This document shows, piece by piece, positions 30,220 to 37,863 of a DNA stretch of 41,624 nt (position 1 is its first letter; the number at the start of each line of letters is the position of its first letter). The stretch is from a virus (taxonomy: Duplodnaviria; Caudoviricetes), in IMG/VR virus record IMGVR_UViG_3300020472_000058, positions 1 to 41,624 of that record; one strand, written 5' to 3'. The translations under genes and the position numbers were made by a program. The notes beneath the pieces are model-generated. The model saw only the letters and a list, made by a program, of their open reading frames with translations, was not told the origin of the DNA and did no database searches.

Positions 30220-30238
30220 TATCTAGAGTGTCGAAAAA
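30220..30238 (-). promoter_or_regulatory. Phage RNAP promoter (middle/replication)
   Basis: TTTTTCGACACTCTAGATA immediately after the RNAP stop codon. Confidence 0.75.
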
Positions 30239-30243
30239 GAATT

Positions 30244-32685
30244 TTAACAGAAAAAATAAGGTGAATTTAACACCTCATAAATATTAAGGTTTCCTAGTTT
30301 TGGAGGTTCTGGAACTTCATCCAATACTTCCAAAGCAGCTTCCCGAAAATCACCTAGAACATCATTCTTAGAATAAATATCTACAAATGCTTCTCGTAAA
30401 AGCTTTGCAAGTTCAGGAGTATTTTTCGCATGCGTTCCATAACTATCATGGATCATAGCATAGCTATTAATCTCCTTCTTGTTACATAGATGCACAGTCA
30501 GGGTTAGTGCTGAGGCATCTAAACTATGCACAAAATTAGGTGCTGATCCATTTATAGATCTATGAACATCTATTTTTTTCTTATCCTCCTCATGAATTAC
30601 AGGTGTTAATAATTTACCATCAATGGTAGTTTCAATTCTCCTCCATTTAAAAGCTTTATAATGCTGATAAATATATAAACCAGTAGGAGTTTTCCAAATA
30701 ACAGGATAACCCTTTTTAGAAAGCTCAGAACTAACATGTCTAATCCATGTCATTGCTTCCTTAGCAGAAATTATAACTTCTCCAATAGCACTCCAAACTA
30801 AGGTAGTAATCCAGTTTATATACTTAGAAAGCTTCTCACCTTCAGGTATATCAAACTTCTCACCTTTCCTGAGTTGATCTTTCACATACTCTTCTACATA
30901 CACCATAGCAGAGAACCTAGTCCCACCATAAGGGACTACCATTACTGGTCTTTTTGTCATCTTACGATTTATTAAGCCAGATTCAAGCCACTTCTTAGCT
31001 ATTGGACAGTCAGTAGCTAGTTTTTCAGTTTCCCGAAATACCACATCAGCAACTTCCTGATAAATGTCCTGTGGAATAGGTTCATTTGTTAAGTTTGTTG
31101 CTTTACCTCCAATAGGACATCTCAACATAGCTGAATAATGCTGTAAACCATTGTTAGAGCCATCTAAAGCTATCGGGAGATAGCTGAGTACCCCTAAGCC
31201 ATTTCTTTTCAATGTAGCCCATTCTGAGCAGAATGCAAAGAATATCCAAGCATCATCAAATTGAGTCCACCAATCATAGTCAAGACCAAGTTCTGCTGAC
31301 TTTAGAATGTGTTCCTCATTATCTAAGACCCATTTGATTCTTTCAGTAAAACTTACTTTGTCTACTCCAGCGCAATTAGCTCCATGAATAGCCAACCAAT
31401 CTGCCTGTTCTTGGGTTTCAATTGGTAATCCTTCTCCAAATGTTAGAAGAGACTTAGCATATTCAGTACCTTGGGGAGTTAGAAAACTACTTACTGTGTA
31501 TTTTCTTCCCCTAAAATCTGCTTGGTAAGGAAAATAAATCTGATCAAAGTTTTTAAATTTTCCTGCAAGATTTAAAGTCCTCATGAATTGTAGGATCTGG
31601 CTCTTTCTTCTTATATTTTCTTCATAAACTTGGGTAGCTTTCACTTTCCAAGCTTTGAATTTGAGTTTTGTCTCCTCATCCATGTCCTGTTTCTTTAAAT
31701 CCTTCGGAAAATCACGAGGAGGTAGCTCCATCTCATTCCTATCAGGCATAGATCCTATTATTCTGCCCTGCTCCCATGCTTTTTCCATAACATCAAGAAC
31801 TTTTGTATTAACTTTCCACTTAGTTTCCTGTAGAGAATTAACACATTCAAATTCCATATCCATGTTACTAAATGGAAGGTCAGTCTTAACATTCTTATGC
31901 GTTTCTTTAATAAATGGTAATCTATGTGATAAATAACCTCCATTTGAAGGATTAGTCCACTTTTTCGGAGTCGTTACCATTGGTAAGTAAGCAGGAGAAA
32001 GTAGCTCTCCTTGATTAATTATATCCTGAATCATATCTAATGTTTCCTGAGTTGGTACAATAGTATATGAAGAATACTTTTTTCCTTTAGATCTAGTAGA
32101 TCCTAGTTTAATTAATCCAGTTGACCTAATTATTAGATCTATCATCAACTGTCCTACTTGTGTTTTCTCTACATGAGTCCAAACAGGGATCTCTTCTCCC
32201 ATTTTATAAGAAGCACTACGGATTAGACCATACCTTCGATAATGTCGAGATGCAGATATTTTTCCTATCTTTTCCACAAGCATACGAAAATATTTTTTGT
32301 CTTGATTTTCCCAAAGATTAAATCTTACCTGATCCGATAAAGCCTGTCCGATCTGATGGGAAAGATTCATGAGTTTTTGGGAATGTGAGATTCCATCCAT
32401 TATGGCTCTTAAAGATATAAAAGATGCCACATCATTTTCTAACATTGCTAGGAAAGGTGAACTCGCTTTCATTCGACCTGGTTTTGAAACCTCCTCATTT
32501 ATGTGAGTGTGTATGGCTTTACTCAGAGTGGTAACAGTTTTCTTCATAAGTAAGATGCCATGTAAGGTAATGGATTCTGTACCTCTTTGTTTAGCTTCTC
32601 TTACTTGCTTCTGGAACTTTTCAATTCCAGTATAAACCATTTCTTCCTCTAAAGATTTCTGAATCTCAAATATATTTCCTTCCAT
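30244..32685 (-). CDS. Single-subunit DNA-directed RNA polymerase (gp1-like)
   Basis: DFRGR, DGSNNGLQH, RKMTKRPVMVVPYG, APNFVHSLDA and IHDSYG motifs; YFFC C-terminus. Confidence 0.97.
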   Translation of the reverse strand: MEGNIFEIQKSLEEEMVYTGIEKFQKQVREAKQRGTESITLHGILLMKKTVTTLSKAIHTHINEEVSKPGRMKASSPFLAMLENDVASFISLRAIMDGISHSQKLMNLSHQIGQALSDQVRFNLWENQDKKYFRMLVEKIGKISASRHYRRYGLIRSASYKMGEEIPVWTHVEKTQVGQLMIDLIIRSTGLIKLGSTRSKGKKYSSYTIVPTQETLDMIQDIINQGELLSPAYLPMVTTPKKWTNPSNGGYLSHRLPFIKETHKNVKTDLPFSNMDMEFECVNSLQETKWKVNTKVLDVMEKAWEQGRIIGSMPDRNEMELPPRDFPKDLKKQDMDEETKLKFKAWKVKATQVYEENIRRKSQILQFMRTLNLAGKFKNFDQIYFPYQADFRGRKYTVSSFLTPQGTEYAKSLLTFGEGLPIETQEQADWLAIHGANCAGVDKVSFTERIKWVLDNEEHILKSAELGLDYDWWTQFDDAWIFFAFCSEWATLKRNGLGVLSYLPIALDGSNNGLQHYSAMLRCPIGGKATNLTNEPIPQDIYQEVADVVFRETEKLATDCPIAKKWLESGLINRKMTKRPVMVVPYGGTRFSAMVYVEEYVKDQLRKGEKFDIPEGEKLSKYINWITTLVWSAIGEVIISAKEAMTWIRHVSSELSKKGYPVIWKTPTGLYIYQHYKAFKWRRIETTIDGKLLTPVIHEEDKKKIDVHRSINGSAPNFVHSLDASALTLTVHLCNKKEINSYAMIHDSYGTHAKNTPELAKLLREAFVDIYSKNDVLGDFREAALEVLDEVPEPPKLGNLNIYEVLNSPYFFC

Positions 32686-32837
32686 TAAACCTCCTCTTTA
32701 GTGATTTTTATTGTGTTACCTACCATTATATTGTAAGCAACGATGATAAGAATAGTAATGACTCCAGACAAGAATCCGAAACCAAATATGCTAAAAAATA
32801 CCAAGATGTCAGGTAATATTAAAAACCATCTACCCAT
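32685..32837 (-). CDS. 50-aa membrane protein (MGRWFLILPDILVFFSIFGFGFLSGVITILIIVAYNIMVGNTIKITKEEV), missing from the ORF track
   Basis: AGGAG SD; TAATG coupling to the RNAP start; long hydrophobic stretch. Confidence 0.6.
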   Translation of the reverse strand: MGRWFLILPDILVFFSIFGFGFLSGVITILIIVAYNIMVGNTIKITKEEV

Positions 32838-33964
32838 AATCTTTCTCCTATAGCTTTAATTACAGGCACAGTAACGCTATTTCCAGCCATTTTAAACAGT
32901 TGGGTATCTGATATCCCAAGTTCTCTTCCCTTGTGATATAGAGAGTCTGGAGCGCCCTGTAACCTAAAGAACTCTAAAGGTGTGAGTCTTCGTAAGACTT
33001 TACCATCAAATATAGACTGTTCTATATTTTTCCTAGTAGTTAAAGTTCCTACGACTGACTCTTTTTTAGGAACGATCTCTTTTCCTCGTCTTGGAGAGAA
33101 ATCCTTTCCTGTTTTTGCTTTGTGTTCCCTTCTTATTTTCTTTGCTTCCTCTGATCGTACTTCCGTAAGAACAAAGGGTTGTCTACTACCACCAGAACAA
33201 GAGTTAATAGTAGGTGAAATTCCTTTGTCAGAATAAATCCGATCATTGGAATGTTTAGGTTTATTTAATTGAAGTATTGTCATTCCAGAATGATTTCCTC
33301 CTGTGTGCGCTCCTCCACTTATTGTTCTAGCAACTGCGGTTTTTGCTGACTCCGACTTGCAAGTGTGCGAGTTAGCTTCTCCCACGAGAGGAAATACTTT
33401 GGGTCTGGGTTTTCCTCTAAGATATCCGATAACGAACACTCGTTCTCTGTTCTGTGGAACTCCGAAATTCTTGCTGTTACAAGTTTGCCATTCCGCATCG
33501 TACCCCAATTCTGAAAGCCTGTTGAGCATGGTACTAAAGATTTCTCCTTTCCATTTGCCAGACGATAGAACTCCTTTGACTTGTTCAAGAAAAAGAATGC
33601 GAGGTTTTTTAAATTGTATGATTTTGCAAAAGTGAACAAACAAGTCTCCGCCACATTCCGTTTGATCAAAGGGATTTTCTGTCCTTTTTCCAGCGATACT
33701 GAACGCAGGACAGGGTAGACCTGCACAGGCAATGTCGAAATCTGGCAGGATACTTGGGTCTTCTGCAATTTTTCTGATGTCTCCGTAGTTTTTGTTCTCA
33801 TAATTTCCTCTATTGCTATAGTTATCAATTAAGGCAAACTCTTCAGCAAGCCAATTACTCCATTTATCAACTTCTGCATGTCCTACTTGTTTATGTCCTG
33901 CTTGTTTCATGCCTAATCCAAACAGGTCTACGCCACTTGCGAATGAAAAGAATGTTGATTCCAT
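32819..33964 (-). CDS. C5-cytosine DNA methyltransferase (main / alpha polypeptide)
   Basis: Motif I variant FASGVD, IV GLPCPAFSIAG, VI variant EQVKG, VIII PQNRERVF, IX RRLTPLE..RLQG, X AGNSV. Confidence 0.92.
   Translation of the reverse strand: MESTFFSFASGVDLFGLGMKQAGHKQVGHAEVDKWSNWLAEEFALIDNYSNRGNYENKNYGDIRKIAEDPSILPDFDIACAGLPCPAFSIAGKRTENPFDQTECGGDLFVHFCKIIQFKKPRILFLEQVKGVLSSGKWKGEIFSTMLNRLSELGYDAEWQTCNSKNFGVPQNRERVFVIGYLRGKPRPKVFPLVGEANSHTCKSESAKTAVARTISGGAHTGGNHSGMTILQLNKPKHSNDRIYSDKGISPTINSCSGGSRQPFVLTEVRSEEAKKIRREHKAKTGKDFSPRRGKEIVPKKESVVGTLTTRKNIEQSIFDGKVLRRLTPLEFFRLQGAPDSLYHKGRELGISDTQLFKMAGNSVTVPVIKAIGERLWVDGF
33319..33801 (-). CDS. Nested +1-frame ORF, putative methyltransferase beta polypeptide (160 aa)
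   Basis: Own SD (GAGGA-AATT-ATG at 33801); WGTM.NG...SEFHRTENECSLSDILEENPDPKYFLS resembles a C5-MTase segment. Confidence 0.7.
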   Translation of the reverse strand: MRTKTTETSEKLQKTQVSCQISTLPVQVYPVLRSVSLEKGQKIPLIKRNVAETCLFTFAKSYNLKNLAFFFLNKSKEFYRLANGKEKSLVPCSTGFQNWGTMRNGKLVTARISEFHRTENECSLSDILEENPDPKYFLSWEKLTRTLASRSQQKPQLLEQ

Positions 33965-34447
33965 TTAATCCTCCTTTTGAAACCATTTAGGTTGTTGGGT
34001 GTATTTCCACTTACACATATATGCCTTGTCTATATTATAGTAGTTACGATATGCTTGCACAGTATCGTCAGACTTGTAATGGTCTGGCATACATTGTGGT
34101 GGACTTTTAAAACCTTTGATACCTATGTTTTTAGGCGCTTCAGACAGAGCATGTAAGAGCCTTGATGTAGCATGAACTTTTGTATATCTTTTGGTATACT
34201 CAGCACATAGATACTTAAATAGCCGAAAAGTATAATGGTAATGATCGTACGACTCTCTAACCCATACTGCACTTGGATGGTTCTTATGGGTAGCCTTGTA
34301 CAATTCTTCATTCTCCTCATCACCATCTAAGATGCGATGTGCTGTACTCAGTAGTTGAGCATACTCAAGTATCATTTTGACAACATGCTTGTCGCAATGA
34401 GCTTCAGCACAAGTTTTTGTGTTAGTGTCTAAATAAAAAATGTTCAT
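33965..34447 (-). CDS. Pyrimidine-dimer DNA glycosylase / DenV-like family protein
   Basis: MNIFYLD...HCDKHVVKMILEYAQLLSTAH...THKNHPSAVW...EYT.RY...AYRNYY; GGAG SD before ATG 34447. Confidence 0.8.
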   Translation of the reverse strand: MNIFYLDTNTKTCAEAHCDKHVVKMILEYAQLLSTAHRILDGDEENEELYKATHKNHPSAVWVRESYDHYHYTFRLFKYLCAEYTKRYTKVHATSRLLHALSEAPKNIGIKGFKSPPQCMPDHYKSDDTVQAYRNYYNIDKAYMCKWKYTQQPKWFQKED

Positions 34448-34467
34448 TTTGTTCTCCAATTTAAGTT

Positions 34468-34553
34468 TGGTGAGGAAGGTAGGATTTGCACCTACTATGT
34501 CATTCGACATCTGATTTACAGTCAGATTGCTTATCTAGATTGCATACTTCCCC
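34468..34553 (-). tRNA. tRNA-Tyr (GUA) with encoded CCA and atypical D and T loops
   Basis: Acceptor GGGGAAG/CTTCCTC-A-CCA; anticodon arm TCTGA-CTGTAAA-TCAGA; long variable arm TGTC-GAAT-GACA; T arm GTAGG-TGCAAAT-CCTAC. Confidence 0.88.
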
Positions 34554-34600
34554 AATTCGCACCCGCCCTATCCCGAACTTACGTTCTCGCACAAATTTAA

Positions 34601-34852
34601 CTATACTACTTGATATACATACACATCAAATTTATTAGCTTCAGCTTTGATGGTATGATCTGGATGATGACTTCTAGCACCTCTAAACCTTGTTCTTAAT
34701 ATAATTTTTTGATGTTTGAAAAATTTCCGAACAGCTTGTCTTACTTCAACTAAATTTTCCTCAGAAAATTCTATCCCTTTCAAAATAGAACGATAACCTT
34801 TTGAATTTTTTAACGCTTCAAAAACCATTGCACTTAATTCTGACTTTTCCAT
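34601..34852 (-). CDS. Early hypothetical protein
   Basis: AGGAG SD; 83 aa; RFRG.R...A..FDVY motif. Confidence 0.7.
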   Translation of the reverse strand: MEKSELSAMVFEALKNSKGYRSILKGIEFSEENLVEVRQAVRKFFKHQKIILRTRFRGARSHHPDHTIKAEANKFDVYVYQVV

Positions 34853-34876
34853 CTTATTCTCCTAAAATAAAGTTAA

Positions 34877-34911
34877 TAAAAACACATTCCATTCTGAATT
34901 GAATGAAATGT
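34877..34911 (-). terminator. Possible intrinsic terminator or processing hairpin in the early region
   Basis: 11-bp AT-rich stem (34884-34894/34901-34911, one G.U on minus strand) followed by GTTTTT. Confidence 0.35.
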
Positions 34912-34941
34912 AACTATAGACGATAATAAACATAAAAGCTT

Positions 34942-35064
34942 TCATCGTCTGTTTAGAAAGGAATCATACGATTCTTCGTACATCCTCATCTGGTCAATAT
35001 CTTTCCGTCTTGATTTCTCAGGATTGATATCTACAATTACTTTTGGCTTGTTCTCTTCTTTCAT
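34942..35064 (-). CDS. 40-aa early hypothetical protein (MKEENKPKVIVDINPEKSRR...)
   Basis: Manual translation; ATGA overlap with the upstream gene. Confidence 0.5.
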   Translation of the reverse strand: MKEENKPKVIVDINPEKSRRKDIDQMRMYEESYDSFLNRR

Positions 35065-35324
35065 GTCCTTATCTTTTTCCATTTCCAATCCTCCACGCTT
35101 TTTTGTTTAAACATTACTGGAATATCTAAAGTTCCAATTATGAAATCATCTAAAACTTCAATACTCAAAGTTTTAGTTCCTAACACTTTTGCAAACTTCT
35201 TTCCTAGTTCATTGGTAGGATAGTAACGAACATTTCCAAATTCTATCCGTTCCTCTATTTCTACTTCTTTGTATGCTGGATGTCCTTCATCAGGTCTTAA
35301 ATCCTTCCATTCTGTAATACTCAT
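35061..35324 (-). CDS. Early hypothetical protein
   Basis: GGAGG SD; ATGA coupling; FGNVRYYP.NE...FA...GTKTL motif. Confidence 0.7.
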   Translation of the reverse strand: MSITEWKDLRPDEGHPAYKEVEIEERIEFGNVRYYPTNELGKKFAKVLGTKTLSIEVLDDFIIGTLDIPVMFKQKSVEDWKWKKIRT

Positions 35325-35536
35325 TTTTTCCTCCTTCGTTTTTTTGCTGTTCCATTAGTTATCTCAACAGGCATTGTGACTGTCATAATACCTTTGAGAT
35401 CATGTTCAACTATTGTGCTTGGGAATTGCCTATCTAGCCTATCCCCTTTGTAAACTTGAATGTCTCTAACTTTTCTAGAGTACAGTTCCTGTGCTAAGTC
35501 AATTACTACCTTAACAAAAACTTCATTATCTTTCAT
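35321..35536 (-). CDS. Early hypothetical protein
   Basis: GAGG SD; ATGA coupling on both sides. Confidence 0.6.
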   Translation of the reverse strand: MKDNEVFVKVVIDLAQELYSRKVRDIQVYKGDRLDRQFPSTIVEHDLKGIMTVTMPVEITNGTAKKRRRKK

Positions 35537-35733
35537 ATAGCCTCTTCTAATGATAGTTTAACAAATGATTTATTATAGGCTCTTTGTGCTCTATTGAACA
35601 TCTTTTTAAAGCCCTTCATAGATGCGTTATTCCTTGTTCTGTGACAGTATTTGTTCTCCACTCTTTCATACTTAAACTCTGAATTAGCTCTTGCTAGTTT
35701 AGAATTTATTTTACTGTACTTCATCCGTTTCAT
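35533..35733 (-). CDS. Early basic hypothetical protein
   Basis: GGAG SD; 66 aa. Confidence 0.6.
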   Translation of the reverse strand: MKRMKYSKINSKLARANSEFKYERVENKYCHRTRNNASMKGFKKMFNRAQRAYNKSFVKLSLEEAI

Positions 35734-35752
35734 TTTGATCTCCGATTAATTA

Positions 35753-36475
35753 TTAATCAACTACAAAACCTGTTACATCTTTTTTCGCTTCACCCTTCGC
35801 TTTCAATCCTACCACAACACCCTTAGGATCTAAAAATCTAAGATCTGTGTCATCTCCATTGAAGACTGTATGTCCTGCGTATGTCTTAGGCAGTTTATCT
35901 CTAAATACCACAGCAACATTATTTCCTTTTGCTACCATTTCCTGAACATCTTGCTCTGTGTGAAGTTCTGATTTTGAGTATGTTAAATGATAATTACTTG
36001 TTTTTGGTTTACGATTCCAATCTTTAGTATAATCATAAAATTGGACATCTTTATGTTCATGCATTATACTCTGATTATTTTTCCCTTGTTTTATGTTTTG
36101 GTATGGTAAATCGCTTGTTCCGTTTAATCTGATACAAGTTAAAGCTTTGTTTTTAGCTGATTTGCGTTTAAGCTTTTCTATATCTTTATTTAATTGATTG
36201 AAATACTCTTTCCTTGATTTGAGAAATAGCATTGTTTTTCTCAGTCTTCCCTTTTGAACATTTGACATCTTCCCACGCCCTGCAGAGTATAAACAAGCTT
36301 CTCTACAGGCAGGACTTGAAGACCCGCAGACATTCTTTCCTGATATACTAGCTGGAGCAAAATATACGATTCCAGTTAAAGCTTTTTCATAGTCTTCTAA
36401 AAACTTTTCTACGATATCGGATAAGTTACTTTTAATTGTTTTTGCATTATTTGATCCATCAGATAAAATATTCAT
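35753..36475 (-). CDS. GP88-like Cys-motif protein (radical-SAM-like fold suspected)
   Basis: CGSSSPACREAC, IRLNGTSDL, FYDYTK, NYHLTYS and GDDTDLRFLD motifs. Confidence 0.7.
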   Translation of the reverse strand: MNILSDGSNNAKTIKSNLSDIVEKFLEDYEKALTGIVYFAPASISGKNVCGSSSPACREACLYSAGRGKMSNVQKGRLRKTMLFLKSRKEYFNQLNKDIEKLKRKSAKNKALTCIRLNGTSDLPYQNIKQGKNNQSIMHEHKDVQFYDYTKDWNRKPKTSNYHLTYSKSELHTEQDVQEMVAKGNNVAVVFRDKLPKTYAGHTVFNGDDTDLRFLDPKGVVVGLKAKGEAKKDVTGFVVD

Positions 36476-36495
36476 ATTTTCCTCTTATTTAAGAT

Positions 36496-36666
36496 TTACT
36501 GTATCACTGTGAAGACTAGAAATGCTGTCATTAAGAAATTAGTAACCACCATCAAACCAAGACTAAATTGTAGTATTTCAGATTCATTCTCTTTTTTATA
36601 TTTATTCATTAGTTCTGAGAATACTGTATTTACTTGATCAGATTTTATTGTGTATGTCTTTTCCAT
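36496..36666 (-). CDS. 56-aa early protein with C-terminal transmembrane helix, missing from the ORF track
   Basis: GGAG SD; MEKTYTIK...LQFSLGLMVVTNFLMTAFLVFTVIQ. Confidence 0.6.
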   Translation of the reverse strand: MEKTYTIKSDQVNTVFSELMNKYKKENESEILQFSLGLMVVTNFLMTAFLVFTVIQ

Positions 36667-36702
36667 TTAGTTCTCCGTTTTTGGGTTATTAGTTATATTT
36701 AA

Positions 36703-36960
36703 CTATTCTCCACGAATAGTTTTAAAAACTCCTTTTATATTCCATTTTTCAGGATTAAAATTTGGGTTATCTTCATAGAAAAGTTTACCCAACATATTGT
36801 GAGCATAAATAATTCCATCCAATGTATCAAGATTTCTTATATCTTCTTTATTCCATTTATTTTTACTATAATCTAAATCAACTGAAAGTTCATCAATTAA
36901 CTTTTTTGTGTGTTTGTAAATTTCTTCATAATGTCTTTTAGTAAATTTTGGATTATTCAT
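36703..36960 (-). CDS. Early hypothetical protein
   Basis: GGAG SD before MNNPKFTKRHY; F..DNPNFN..KW motif. Confidence 0.7.
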   Translation of the reverse strand: MNNPKFTKRHYEEIYKHTKKLIDELSVDLDYSKNKWNKEDIRNLDTLDGIIYAHNMLGKLFYEDNPNFNPEKWNIKGVFKTIRGE

Positions 36961-37027
36961 TTTGTTCTCCATTTTAGGTTTGAGTTTGGGAAGCTTTTAC
37001 ACTTCCCGATTAGTTAGAATTATAGGT

Positions 37028-37252
37028 TTATTTTGACTCATATTGTTTATTCCAGAATTTATCATTTATTTTCTCAAACAGTTTTTCAGTTTTTTCAATT
37101 TCCGCTAATCCCTCATCTCCGGTTAGTAATCCATCAGCTACTTTATGGATCATTTCAGCTTGAATATTTTTTAGCTCATCTTTCAAAATTTCTCTTAATG
37201 TGTGTCGAGAATCTAATTCTATATGAAATTTTACTTTTTCTGATTTAGTCAT
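37028..37252 (-). CDS. Early hypothetical protein
   Basis: GGAG SD; has its own upstream sigma70 promoter. Confidence 0.65.
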   Translation of the reverse strand: MTKSEKVKFHIELDSRHTLREILKDELKNIQAEMIHKVADGLLTGDEGLAEIEKTEKLFEKINDKFWNKQYESK

Positions 37253-37291
37253 AATGTTCTCCGTTTGGGTTTGAATTAGTTGATGTCACTC

Positions 37292-37319
37292 AGTATAGCG
37301 TTTAGTTCAGCTTTGTCAA
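37292..37319 (-). promoter_or_regulatory. Host sigma70 early promoter
   Basis: TTGACA-N16-TATACT in intergenic DNA. Confidence 0.7.
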
Positions 37320-37327
37320 GTCAAATA

Positions 37328-37537
37328 TTAATTATTTTTTAACTTAGCTTCAAATGCCTGAATCTCAGCTTTTGTGTACACTTTACAAGCTCCATTATTT
37401 TTCCTAGATCTAAAAGCTTGTTTTGGGTTTTGATGATAACTTTGAAAAGCTTTTACGTTTTTGACTTCTTGAGAGTATTCACTCTTTCTTACATGTGTTT
37501 CATCTTTCCAGATTCGGCTTGTTATTTTCTCATTCAT
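37328..37537 (-). CDS. First early gene, hypothetical
   Basis: GGAG SD; downstream of the sigma70 promoter at 37577-37605. Confidence 0.65.
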   Translation of the reverse strand: MNEKITSRIWKDETHVRKSEYSQEVKNVKAFQSYHQNPKQAFRSRKNNGACKVYTKAEIQAFEAKLKNN

Positions 37538-37576
37538 GATTCGCTCCGTTTGGGTTAGTGTTCGGTTTGAGTCATT

Positions 37577-37605
37577 ACCCTATCAAATAGTAGACATCTT
37601 GTCAA
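37577..37605 (-). promoter_or_regulatory. Host sigma70 early promoter
   Basis: TTGACA-N17-TAGGGT with extended -10 TGn. Confidence 0.55.
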
Positions 37606-37863
37606 ACTAAAAATGAATTAATTTCATTTAATTGCATTAAATACTGATATTATTGAAGAAATTAGATGTAAAACAGAGAAAATTGATTGATTTGATATAT
37701 ACAAAGTCCTACAAACGTGTAGTTTATCGGAAATGACAAGGAAAGACTGTGGTCTATGTGATAGTATATATTTGACATAATATTGCAATACAGAGCGATT
37801 TAATGCTGTTTATAGCGATTTTAATGGTTTTGAGAAAAAACACAGATAGAAAAGACAGACAAG

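Noticed and set aside
34448-34510. N-terminal extension of the DenV-like ORF
   Set aside because: It overlaps the tRNA; a good SD and the family-typical MNIF start lie at 34447.
37772-37800. Plus-strand sigma70 promoter from TTGACA at 37772
   Set aside because: No acceptable -10 box at 16-18 bp spacing.
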